From an uncultured delta proteobacterium (GTDB lineage Bacteria > Desulfobacterota > Binatia > UBA9968), in assembly GCA_963804165.1 (NCBI GenBank), contig CAWDPO010000013.1:1-64000 (forward strand): 64,000 nt of DNA. The letters run 5' to 3'. The notes under the pieces were generated by a model, which saw only the letters and a program-made list of their open reading frames with translations, did no database searches and was not told where the DNA came from. A program made the position numbers and the translations under genes. Every line of letters starts with the position of its first letter. The first letter of the stretch is position 1. Of the stretch, positions 50,990 to 60,703 are shown piece by piece.

Positions 50990-51985
50990 ATGGCGTATAG
51001 ATTCCAAGCCAAATTGCTGGTGGTTTTTGCTCTGGCCGTTGCCGTCATAGGGGGATACTCCGCAGAAGCACAGAGAGTTCCCGCGGGATATAGCATCTAC
51101 TCGGTGTTGACCGCGCCACTTTGGGTCACGAAGGAAGCGGGCCACTTTGATAAGAACGGACTGGGTGTGGACCTGATCTACCTTAGCGGCGGCACGATGG
51201 CCGCCCAGGCTTTGAGCTCGGGGGATATTCCTTTCACCTTGACGGGAGGAAGCTCGATTATTTCTTCCAATCTCGCCGGTTCGGGAAGCATGATCCTGCT
51301 GGGAATTGAAAATGCCATTCTTTTTAAGCTCGTCACTGTAAAAGATATCAAGTCGCCCGAGCAGCTGCGGGGAAAAAGATTAGCGGTTGCCTCCCTGAGC
51401 GGATCCACTTATCAAGCCACGGTGCTGGCTCTTGCCCATTTCGGGATCAAGCCCAACGAAGTCACTTTCATGTCCATCGCCAGCGCGCCGACGAGGCTTG
51501 CGGCGTTAAACTCCGGCACCGTTCACGGCACCGTGGTGTTGCCGCCCGACACCATCGTGGCGCGCAGGATGGGTATGAATTTTCTGCTTGATCTCGGATC
51601 CCTCGGCATTGAATTCCAGAACGCAAGCATCTCCGCGGGAAGACAGGTTCTTGAAAACAAGCCGGAGATCGCCCGGCGGTTCGTCAAGTCGATGGTGGAA
51701 GGCGTCCATACTTACAAGACCGACAAAGCTTTTTCCTTCAAGGTGTTGAGAAAGTACTTAAAGACCGATGATCCTGAGCTGGTTGAGGAAGCCTACAGCT
51801 TTTACGCCGATAAGTTGCCGAAGAAGCCTTATCCCACGCTGAAGGGCATTCAGGCGATTCTCGATCAGTTGGCCAAGACCAACCCCAAGGCCGCAGGCAG
51901 CAACCCGGGGCAATTCATCAACGTCCATTCGTTGCGAGAGCTCGACACGAGCGGCTACATCGATCGTCTCTATGCCAATCCATGA
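50990..51985 (+). CDS. ABC substrate-binding protein (NMT1-like)
   Basis: PLWVTKEAG.F.KNGL.V.LI, LRGKRLAV, PYPTLKGIQ. Confidence 0.85.
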   Translation: MAYRFQAKLLVVFALAVAVIGGYSAEAQRVPAGYSIYSVLTAPLWVTKEAGHFDKNGLGVDLIYLSGGTMAAQALSSGDIPFTLTGGSSIISSNLAGSGSMILLGIENAILFKLVTVKDIKSPEQLRGKRLAVASLSGSTYQATVLALAHFGIKPNEVTFMSIASAPTRLAALNSGTVHGTVVLPPDTIVARRMGMNFLLDLGSLGIEFQNASISAGRQVLENKPEIARRFVKSMVEGVHTYKTDKAFSFKVLRKYLKTDDPELVEEAYSFYADKLPKKPYPTLKGIQAILDQLAKTNPKAAGSNPGQFINVHSLRELDTSGYIDRLYANP

Positions 51986-52181
51986 ACGCGATATTTGGCG
52001 CCGTGTGTCCGGCATGGATGGGTAAATAAATAAATGAGACGATGATTGGGTATTCTTTGCGATCGGTCGAGCCCGCGTTTGCAGTGACGGGCCCGCCCAC
52101 GTGAAGCCCAATCTCCAGCCGCGTCGGATGAATCGGACGCACCGCACGCAGCATTCATGGAAACGACGCGAGCCGTTTCGC

Positions 52182-54374
52182 TTAAAGATTTTCCTGCGCT
52201 TGTTTGACTTCTCGGCGACGGGAGTGGAGCACCGGTTCGGTGTAGCCGTTGGCTAGGTCACGGCCGTTTAAGACAAGCTCCAACGCCGCCTGAAAAGCGA
52301 TGCTTCTGTCATAGTCCGGCGCCATGTTGCGGTAGTTCGGATCGCCGCGGTTTTGCCGGTCGACCACCTGCGCCATCCGCCGAAACGTCTCGATGACTTG
52401 ATCCTTCGCGACGATGCCATACTTGAGCCAGTTGGCGATATGCTGGCTGGAGATTCTGAGCGTCGCCCGATCCTCCATCAACGCGACATCGTTGATATTC
52501 GGAACTTTCGAACAGCCGATTCCCTGATCGACCCAGCGAACGACGTAGCCCAGGATGCCCTGCGCGTTGTTATCGAGCTCGCGTTGAATCTCCTCTGACG
52601 TCACATTACGCTCCAACAATAGCGGCGGCGTAAGAATATGCTCGAGGTCCGCGCGGCCTCGTTTCGCCAGCTCGCGCTGCCGTTTGGCGACGTCGACGGT
52701 GTGATAGTGCAGGGCATGAAGCGTCGCCGCGGTCGGCGACGGCACCCAGGCGGTGTTCGCGCCGGCTTGCGGGTGCGCGATCTTGATCCTGACCATCTCG
52801 CGCATTTCTTCCGGCATGGTCCACATGCCCTTGCCGATCTGTGCTTTGCCGCGAAATCCCGTCTCGATGCCGATGTCGACGTTCCAATCTTCGTACGCTT
52901 TGATCCATGGCTGGGTTTTTATCTCTTCCTTCGGCAACATCGCTCCCAACTCCATGCTGGTATGGATCTCGTCGCCGGTGCGATCCAAAAAGCCGGTGTT
53001 GATGAACACCACGCGATCTTTCGCGGCGCGGATGCATTCCTTGAGATTGACCGTGGTGCGCCGCTCTTCGTCCATGATGCCGATCTTGAGAGTTTTCCGC
53101 TTGAGTCCGAGTGCGTCCTCGATCCTTGCGAACAGCTCGACGGTGGCCGCAACTTCCTCCGGCCCATGCTGTTTCGGTTTGACGATATAAATGCTCCCCG
53201 TCTTACTGTTACGATATTCTCCCTTGCTCTTCAGATCGTGAATCGCGGCAAGCACCGTGAGCATGCCGTCCAGAAAACCCTCGGGAATCTCCTCGCCGCT
53301 CGTCGTCACTGCGGCGTCGGTGTACATGTGAATGCCGACATTGCGCACCAGTAGCAGGCTTCTGCCGGGCAAGGTAAGCTTTCTTCCGGTCGGCGTGGTA
53401 AAGACTTTGTCCGGATTCAACCTTCGGGTTAGCGGCCGGCCGTTTTTTTCGAATGTGGTTTCTAGGGTTCCTTTCATCAGGCCGCACCAATGTCGATAGA
53501 CCGTCGCCTTGTCGGCGGCGTCCACCGCCGCGACCGCGTCCTCGCAATCTTCGATGGTGGTGATCGCCGCCTCGAGGACCACATCTTGCACGCCTGCCGG
53601 GTGGGCCTTGCCGATGGGATGGTTGCGGTCGAATTGAATCTCGATGCGCGCGCCATTGTTTCCAAGCACGATGTTCGTCAACTCCCCGGCGTTTTCCCGA
53701 TAGCCGAGAAACTTTCGTCCGTCGGCTAGACCTGTTGTCTTGCCGTCCTTGAGCATCACAGCGAGTTGTTTCTTACGGCCGAAGCGCTTGAGAAAAAATC
53801 GGCCGACCTCTGAGTAACTGCCGCGTTTAAGGGCGATGACTTTGTCTAAAAACTCCTCGGTGTAGGCGATGACCTTGGCGCCGCGTCTGGGATTGTAGTG
53901 CTCACCCTTTTCCGCGCCTGCCTCTTCCGGGATCACGTTAGTACCGTAGAGCGCGTCGTAGAGACTTCCCCAGCGGGCATTGGCGGCGTTCAAGGCGTAG
54001 CGGGCGTTGTCGAGCGGCACTACCAGCTGTGCCCCGGCGATGGACGCGATTTCGGCGTCGACGTTGGCCGTGGCGATTTTGAATTTTTTCTCTTCGGGGA
54101 CGAGGTAACCGATCTCGCGCAGAAAGGCAGTGTAATCCGCGCGATTGAACGGCTGGCCGGAGCGGGCCAGGTGCCATTCATCGATCTGCTTTTGCAGCCG
54201 GTCGCGCTTGGCCAAGAGCGCGCGATTCTTCGGCCCGAGATCCCTCACGATCGTGCCGAGGGATTTCCAAAAACCGTCGGCCTTTACCCCGGTTCCGGGC
54301 GCGATCTCGTCGCGCACCAGACGATAGAGCCGTTCATCGATCCTGAGACCGCCGACCTCCACTCTGTTGGCCAT
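52182..54374 (-). CDS. glcB: Malate synthase G
   Basis: [79 protein letters not shown]. Confidence 0.97.
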   Translation of the reverse strand: MANRVEVGGLRIDERLYRLVRDEIAPGTGVKADGFWKSLGTIVRDLGPKNRALLAKRDRLQKQIDEWHLARSGQPFNRADYTAFLREIGYLVPEEKKFKIATANVDAEIASIAGAQLVVPLDNARYALNAANARWGSLYDALYGTNVIPEEAGAEKGEHYNPRRGAKVIAYTEEFLDKVIALKRGSYSEVGRFFLKRFGRKKQLAVMLKDGKTTGLADGRKFLGYRENAGELTNIVLGNNGARIEIQFDRNHPIGKAHPAGVQDVVLEAAITTIEDCEDAVAAVDAADKATVYRHWCGLMKGTLETTFEKNGRPLTRRLNPDKVFTTPTGRKLTLPGRSLLLVRNVGIHMYTDAAVTTSGEEIPEGFLDGMLTVLAAIHDLKSKGEYRNSKTGSIYIVKPKQHGPEEVAATVELFARIEDALGLKRKTLKIGIMDEERRTTVNLKECIRAAKDRVVFINTGFLDRTGDEIHTSMELGAMLPKEEIKTQPWIKAYEDWNVDIGIETGFRGKAQIGKGMWTMPEEMREMVRIKIAHPQAGANTAWVPSPTAATLHALHYHTVDVAKRQRELAKRGRADLEHILTPPLLLERNVTSEEIQRELDNNAQGILGYVVRWVDQGIGCSKVPNINDVALMEDRATLRISSQHIANWLKYGIVAKDQVIETFRRMAQVVDRQNRGDPNYRNMAPDYDRSIAFQAALELVLNGRDLANGYTEPVLHSRRREVKQAQENL

Positions 54375-54611
54375 GGTCATCTCCGTTTCGTGTGCATCCG
54401 AGGCGGGCACAGAAGCTCACGGCGAGACGCAAAACCCTTTAGCGCGCTTCGGATAGTTTTACTCTTGAGCTCTATCCCCTTTTTACCAACTCCGTCGGTC
54501 GTTAAAAACACCCATACCGCGCCCAACTGCTGCACGGCTCACCAATGCCATACGGCATGGAGTCTCATATCGCGGCCGCGTTTACCATAGGAAGCCGTCC
54601 ACCGGCACGAT

Positions 54612-55796
54612 TCAAACCAACTCGACCGTGAGCGGATTGTAGGAGTAGAGCCATCCGTTTCGGTCCGCTCCTTCGTCCCGGTTGGCAAACGACGCGCGAA
54701 TTTCATCGACGGTGCGCAGATGAAACAGCGTCCGATTGGCGGTCGATTGATTGACGATCCGCACGGTCCGGTCGACGCGGTTACGCTGGTAAAGCTGCAA
54801 CGCGTCGGCAATCGAATCCGCCTGATCCAGCGCTCGCGTCAGCACTGCGCCGTCCTCGATCGCCATGCAAGCACCCTGAGCGAGATAAGGCAGCGTGGGA
54901 TGCACTGCGTCCCCCAAGAGCGCAGCTCGGCGGGTGATCCAGTTCCTGATCGTGGGTCTGTAGTGTAGCGACCAGCGATAGCATCCCTCCCGATCGGCCG
55001 CGTCGATGATCGTCTGAACATCGGCATGCCAACCCGCGAAATCCGCCTTGAACCTTTTCCAGGGAAACTTAGCCGTCCACGATTCCTCGGAAATTTCATC
55101 GGTCTCCACGAGCCCGACGAAGTTGAGCATGGCGCCGGCGCGCAGGTAGTAGGCCACGACATGCCGCCCGGGCCCCATCCAAACCATCATGACCTGTTCC
55201 ATGAAATTCCGCGGCAAGCGCTCGATCGGGACCGTGATGCGCCAGGCGGCATCGCCTGTGTAGGTCGCGGGAATATTTCCGTTGAGCTGTTGGCAGATGA
55301 TGGACTTGAGACCGTCCGCGCCAAGCAAAAGGTCGCCCTGGACAATCGTGCCGTCGGCAAGACGGAGCGTAACGCCGTCGCCGCTCTCTTCGAATCCGAT
55401 GACTCGGCAGTTCAGTCGAATGGCGTTACGCTTGAGCGCAAGCACCCTCGCGGCGAGCAGAGTGTGAACATCGGCGCGGTGAACCTGGTAATACGGCGCG
55501 CCGTGCATTTTTTCATGCTCATCGGACAGCGCAAATCGGTGAATCTCTTCACCGCTGTCATGGAGCCGGAAGACGTAGGCCCCTGGTCGAACGCCCACCT
55601 CGGCTAACGCCGGTCCAAGCCCAAGATGGTGCAGCACATGGGTCGCGTTGGCGCTTAGCTGGAGGCCGGCTCCGATCTCGCTCAGCTCGGATGCCTGCTC
55701 GAAGATCGTGACATCATGCCCTGCCTGCAAAAGGCTTGCTCCAGCAGTCAATCCGCCGATCCCGGCTCCGGCAATGACGATCCTGTGCCGCGTCAC
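54612..55796 (-). CDS. FAD-dependent monooxygenase (salicylate hydroxylase / 3-hydroxybenzoate 6-hydroxylase-like)
   Basis: GAGIGG, GADG, LLGDAVH..LP..AQGA..AIEDG. Confidence 0.9.
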   Translation of the reverse strand: MTRHRIVIAGAGIGGLTAGASLLQAGHDVTIFEQASELSEIGAGLQLSANATHVLHHLGLGPALAEVGVRPGAYVFRLHDSGEEIHRFALSDEHEKMHGAPYYQVHRADVHTLLAARVLALKRNAIRLNCRVIGFEESGDGVTLRLADGTIVQGDLLLGADGLKSIICQQLNGNIPATYTGDAAWRITVPIERLPRNFMEQVMMVWMGPGRHVVAYYLRAGAMLNFVGLVETDEISEESWTAKFPWKRFKADFAGWHADVQTIIDAADREGCYRWSLHYRPTIRNWITRRAALLGDAVHPTLPYLAQGACMAIEDGAVLTRALDQADSIADALQLYQRNRVDRTVRIVNQSTANRTLFHLRTVDEIRASFANRDEGADRNGWLYSYNPLTVELV

Positions 55797-56352
55797 TCGG
55801 TGCTCCTAGCGATAGTTATTCTTTCCGCCGATGAATTCATTCGCATCGGGTATACAATAACACGCGAGCCCGCCACGACTTAAACGCAATCGTTCGGATC
55901 GAAGCTCGGTGGTTCGCTGAATGTCTCATATCGGCCGGCACCCGGTGAGCGGCTGGCATAACAATCTTTACCGAATTCAACGGCGGGCGCCAGCGGTGCA
56001 AAGTGTGTTTGGATAGACAGGCGCGACCCAATTACCGGCCCCGGACGAGTGGTGGGTTGGGCGATGAGCCAACGAATCGATCAGCGGTTGGTCTTTGGAT
56101 GCCTCGGCGTGAAATCTCAAATCTCGTTAAATCAAGTGGTTGATTCTAGCCTGCTCCAGAGCGGCGTCGTCAAAGAGTTAAGCTTGACCAGGTGAAGCGA
56201 CGCGGATGACACAGAGGATAGCAGATAGCAGAGATGGTAGGCATAACAATTTTACCGAATTTTGCGCCAGGCCCAGGGTGCAAGGATTGTTTGGATATCC
56301 AGCACGACCCCAGCTACGACCTGCACTTAAATACTGGACGCACCGCATCGCC

Positions 56353-56943
56353 TCATTCATGGAAACGACGCGTGGCGGCGGCGGCCGCTTCTTTCACTCC
56401 GGGCAGAGGGCAGAAATTGTTGGCCTCTATGCCGAAGACCGGATTGAACTTGCTGCGAAAGTTCTCGAGCGCAATCACCGCCGCCAACTCTACCAACTCC
56501 TCGTCGGTAAAATGTTTCTTGAGACGTTTGAAAAATTTATCCGTGACCCGTTTACCGGTGTAGGTCATGCGCTCGGCCAGCTCCAGCGCCAGCCGCTCCC
56601 GCACGGAAAACAACGGGTTTTTCTTGTAATCTCCCAGCACCGCTTCGACTTTCTCTGCCGTAGCTCCGTTTTGCATCGCCCCGGATGCATTGCTGTCGAT
56701 TCAATACGGGCAACCGTTGATATGAGCAGTCCTGACGCACACCAGGTTGCGTAGCTCCTGCGCTATCAGTCCCGATTGCTGAATTCCTTGAGCGAGCGCC
56801 TGGACTCCTTTCTGGATGGTCGGCCTGACGGCTGAGACCTGCGCGGCGTTTGACACAAAGCCATGACGTTTTTTCTGCTCGTCAAAAATTTGCCGCACCT
56901 CATCATTGGCGTCACTTTCCGTTACACCTTTGATCCTGGCCAT
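56353..56943 (-). CDS. AhpD/carboxymuconolactone decarboxylase-like protein with in-frame UGA (CxxU; probable selenoprotein, 196 aa)
   Basis: ORF 56701-56943 ends NGCPY-TGA and continues in frame (IDSNASGA) into ORF 56353-56676 (FSVRERLALELAE..FTDEELVELAAVIALENFRSKFN). Confidence 0.8.
56672..56689 (-). promoter_or_regulatory. Candidate bacterial SECIS hairpin
   Basis: TGA-ATCGACAGCAA (11 nt)-TGCATC-CGGGGC-GATGCA; perfect 6-bp stem with a G-rich loop. Confidence 0.6.
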
Positions 56944-57016
56944 GAATCCTCCTTCTGATTTACTTCACGATGCTGGAGCCGGCGTTTTCCGTGATGGTCC
57001 CTCGCTTTCGCTTAGC

Positions 57017-57724
57017 TTAGGCCGCTCTCTCCATCGCTTGCGCCATGCCGCCGAAATAGACGCGGTGGATGTCCATCGAATCCGTCGCCGTCGTCACGAC
57101 ATCCTGCTCCCGTCCCGGCGCGACATATTTTTCCAGAACATCGATGAACATGTCCGAGTGTTTCACGTCGGCCTTGCTATGCGCGGTGAAGTTCGGCACC
57201 TGAGCGGCGGTGAAATTTAGGTCCCGCGACCAAATCTTGTAGAGCCGGCTGCAATTGCCTCCGCCGATGTCGCCCAACAGCCGATCGTCATTGGTCCACT
57301 CGGCGATGGTCGACGCGGCGATGGCTTCCTGCCATGGACGGGTGCGCGCGATCCAGAACCACGCGTACATGGCCGCCTTGGTGGTGGGCAACGGCGCCGC
57401 GTTCATCACATCATCGGCGCTCAAACCGACTTCTTTTCCTTGACGAACGATGAGATCCATATGGCCGACCTTTGAGTGCTCGTCTTCGACCAGCTCCTCA
57501 TACTCGTGCGCCAAGATTCGTTGTTTAACTTCGAACTCCGGACAATTGGCCGCCACCTGCGGCCAATTGTTGCGTCGCTGGCGCGCATAAAGGCCCAGCT
57601 GCAAGAGATAAATTCGCGCCCGCTCCGGCGTCATTTTGATCGAGTAGAAATGTTCCATCTCGGGCGTGCGAAAGAAGTCCCTGACACACTCACCGAGCGC
57701 CTGCCGCCATTGTTGTGCTTTCAT
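57017..57724 (-). CDS. Heme-oxygenase-like diiron enzyme (CADD/PqqC/TenA superfamily)
   Basis: EYEE..H, TIAE, H-X3-D-X2-H (HSKADVKH) metal ligand pattern; AGGAGG RBS before MKAQQW. Confidence 0.75.
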   Translation of the reverse strand: MKAQQWRQALGECVRDFFRTPEMEHFYSIKMTPERARIYLLQLGLYARQRRNNWPQVAANCPEFEVKQRILAHEYEELVEDEHSKVGHMDLIVRQGKEVGLSADDVMNAAPLPTTKAAMYAWFWIARTRPWQEAIAASTIAEWTNDDRLLGDIGGGNCSRLYKIWSRDLNFTAAQVPNFTAHSKADVKHSDMFIDVLEKYVAPGREQDVVTTATDSMDIHRVYFGGMAQAMERAA

Positions 57725-57785
57725 CGAAATACCTCCTGAGTGTCTTGAATCTAAGTTCTTTAAATAATGTTTTGAGCTCTTTAGA

Positions 57786-57877
57786 GTCACAGCGGTGAAA
57801 GCCGGTATCCAGATCTCTCCGAAATTCCCGGATTCCAGGTCGCCCCAGGCCTTTTGCCGGGGTTGCCCGGAATGACG
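57786..57877. repeat. REP-like palindromic element (GTCA..GCCGGTATCCAG..GGATTCC..CCGGAATGAC)
   Basis: Inverted-repeat structure between the SBP and diiron enzyme genes. Confidence 0.6.
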
Positions 57878-57908
57878 TTTGAATAATGCTGCGAACTTCG
57901 TTCCATGA

Positions 57909-58871
57909 CTACCGTGCCGCCTTGGCAAAAACTTTTTCGATAAAGCCGTCCTTCGCCAGTTTATCGACCACGCTATTATCGATGACTTTGGCAGTGAGCG
58001 TTTCAGCGTCGACGCCTTTGACGGGTTCGAACTCCAAGACCGTCGCCACATTTCGGGTATCGACCCGCGGTGTCTTTTCGGTGAACTTGGTGACGAGGGC
58101 GTAAGTTTCGTCGAGAAAATTCGGATCACTCCGTTTGAAATATTTTGCCAGCACCTTGAGCGTGGTCTCCCGGTCGTGATTCATCGCGCCGACGGCTTCG
58201 ATATAGGCTTTGACCACGCGCTCCGCGGTATCGGGATTCTTTTGCAGAAACTCCCGGGTGACCGCCATGACGTTCATGGAAAAGGGAATGTCCAGATCAA
58301 AAGCGTTTAGCAGCGCTCGCGCCGGCGCTCCTGGCTTGACTCCGGTCACGATGCCGGCAACTTGCTTCTGCTCAAAAGCCGCTTGCATTTCCGGCGTGCC
58401 GCCGAGCGGGCGCATGGTGACGGATTTTTCCAGCCCAAGCTTGCGCAAAATCAATGTCGTCACCGTGTGCCCCGATGAATTGAAGCGCGAGATGCCCAGG
58501 GTTTGTCCTTTGAGCTGATCGGCGCGCGCGATGTCGGGTTGGACATAGAGAGTCATCGCCGGGCGATTGGTCATCGCCGCGATCGTCAGCACCGGCGCGC
58601 CGCGCGCCGCCGCCAAGACGACGCCGCTGATCCCAGGGGCGCTCACGTCGAGGCTGCCACCGAGGAGCGCCTGGATATTCATTCCGCTGGAAGGAATATA
58701 AATAAGCTGCACGTCGAGACCGTATTTTTTGAACGCGCCGGTCTCATGGGCCATCCAGACGCCCGCAACGGTGGGCCCGACGACTGAATAGGACAATCGA
58801 AGAGGAGCGGCCGACACCTCGCCCGCACAACAAAGCCAGAGCGCCGCAACCTGCGAAAGCAGCTTTTTCAT
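57909..58871 (-). CDS. ABC substrate-binding protein (NMT1-like)
   Basis: Signal peptide; close paralog of 21176-22162. Confidence 0.85.
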   Translation of the reverse strand: MKKLLSQVAALWLCCAGEVSAAPLRLSYSVVGPTVAGVWMAHETGAFKKYGLDVQLIYIPSSGMNIQALLGGSLDVSAPGISGVVLAAARGAPVLTIAAMTNRPAMTLYVQPDIARADQLKGQTLGISRFNSSGHTVTTLILRKLGLEKSVTMRPLGGTPEMQAAFEQKQVAGIVTGVKPGAPARALLNAFDLDIPFSMNVMAVTREFLQKNPDTAERVVKAYIEAVGAMNHDRETTLKVLAKYFKRSDPNFLDETYALVTKFTEKTPRVDTRNVATVLEFEPVKGVDAETLTAKVIDNSVVDKLAKDGFIEKVFAKAAR

Positions 58872-59069
58872 ACCGGCTCACTCCTATAAGACTGCCAACT
58901 CGAAACGACGACAAATTACGGCTGTTGCGGTGGGACCGTCAAGAGCCAAAAAACGCAGCGCGTTCGTTGACAACCAATTCCCCATCTAGCTACTCTCCGC
59001 CTTGGTTCGGAGTAAAACCAACATACCCGACAGCCCAAGGCCCAAATTCTAAAGCGAAGGAGCTCACCG

Positions 59070-60374
59070 ATGCGTCCGTGGTTTTGCCAAATTTCTTTTA
59101 TCTTCGTCACCCTCTGCGCGTTTCCGCTGCGCGATGCCGCGCCGCAAAGCCCGCCGGTTTATCTGCAACTCAGCCCGACGGTCAAAGCTGTGCTCTATTC
59201 GCCCGAGGCGAGCGTCAAAGCGCGCGTCGCTGTGCTCAACATGCATGAAGACGGCAACCGCTTGAGCGATATCGCGTGCACCGAGCTGGTCAAGCGGGGC
59301 TTTTACGTGCTGTGCATGAATGGCCGCTCGGACAACAACGAAGCGCTGGATTTTTGGAACGATCTGCCGCTCGACGTCGCGACCGGCGTCAAATACCTCA
59401 AGGACACGATGAAGGCGTCGAAAATCCTTCTTTACGGCGGCAGCGGCGGCGCGCCATTGATGACCTTTTATCAAAACGTCGCGCAAAATGGCCCGTCGGT
59501 TTGTCAAGGCGCGAACAAGCTCATCCCTTGCGGCAATGAACTTGCCGGGCTGCCGCCAGCGGACGGCATCATCTTGCGCGACGCCCACCCGGGTACCGCG
59601 GTCAATACATTGCGCTCGATCAATCCGTCGGTGCAACAGGACGACAAACCGGAACGGATCAACGCCACCCTCGATCCGTTCAGCGCCAAAAACGGCTTCA
59701 ACGGCACCGGCTCGAGCAGTTACTCGGGTGAATTCAAAGAGCGCTATTTCAAAGCTCAGGCGGCGCGCATGAATCGGCTCGTCGACGCGGCGCTAGGGAA
59801 ATTACGCGCCATCGAAGCGGGCAAATACTACTACAAGGACGACGACGCCTTCGTGATCCACAAAAGCGAGGGCGGCCGTCTGTCGGAAATGGATTTGACG
59901 ATTCATCCCGGCACCGTCAAAGCACACAACCTTTTGAAGAACGACGGCACGATCGTGACTGAGGTCATAAGTAGCGCGAGGGTCGCCGATAGCCGAGGTC
60001 CCGAACGCGCCAAATCTTTCCACGAAGGTTCGAAGTTTTTGACGCTAAAATCTTTTCTCGGCACGCGGGCGATACGCGCGAAGCACTCGCAGGACGATAT
60101 CGACTATTGCTCCAACAACAACTCAACGCCTTGTCACCTGCGGAAGATCACCGTGCCGATCCTGATCCTCGGCATGGGCGGCCACTATTTTTTGCGCGAC
60201 AACGAGGTCCACTACGAGGTCTCGGCCAGCGCCGACAAAGAATACATCGTCATCGAAGGCGCCTCCCATGGCATACGGCCTTGCAAGGTTTGCGAGACGA
60301 CACCCGGTCAGTATTCCAACACGGTCAAAAACACTTTCGATTACATGCAAAAATGGATCAATGCGCGGTTCTAA
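59070..60374 (+). CDS. Secreted alpha/beta-hydrolase-like protein of unknown function
   Basis: Signal peptide, YGGSGGA elbow, IEGASH, CKVC; AAGGAG RBS. Confidence 0.7.
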   Translation: MRPWFCQISFIFVTLCAFPLRDAAPQSPPVYLQLSPTVKAVLYSPEASVKARVAVLNMHEDGNRLSDIACTELVKRGFYVLCMNGRSDNNEALDFWNDLPLDVATGVKYLKDTMKASKILLYGGSGGAPLMTFYQNVAQNGPSVCQGANKLIPCGNELAGLPPADGIILRDAHPGTAVNTLRSINPSVQQDDKPERINATLDPFSAKNGFNGTGSSSYSGEFKERYFKAQAARMNRLVDAALGKLRAIEAGKYYYKDDDAFVIHKSEGGRLSEMDLTIHPGTVKAHNLLKNDGTIVTEVISSARVADSRGPERAKSFHEGSKFLTLKSFLGTRAIRAKHSQDDIDYCSNNNSTPCHLRKITVPILILGMGGHYFLRDNEVHYEVSASADKEYIVIEGASHGIRPCKVCETTPGQYSNTVKNTFDYMQKWINARF

Positions 60375-60703
60375 ATGGACTCCGTGAGCGTCTCGCATGA
60401 AATTTGGAAAATCAGGTGCCCAAAGTCACGCCTCTCGAAGCTCTCGGAATCAAGTCGACGAAGGTTTTCTCTGGGGGCCGCAAAGTCGCCGGCACTGAAG
60501 GCTGGAAATCTGAGTAGCTCGGTATCACCGCGTCTTTGATTCCTGCTTGTCTCCGACGTCAACCTATCGTTTTTAGACGCCGTCTTCATGGAAAATCTTC
60601 CCTTGCCCTTTCTTCGAAAGCGACCCGCGGCAGGTTGCGTTAGCGTTGGTCTTTTCAGGATCTCAAGCAAAGATTTCTGTGAGCTTCTACCGAGTCAAAA
60701 AAT

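Noticed and set aside
57725-58129. 134-aa N-terminal extension of ORF 57017-58129
   Set aside because: Overlaps the SBP gene out of frame and a REP element; the strong RBS points to ATG at 57724
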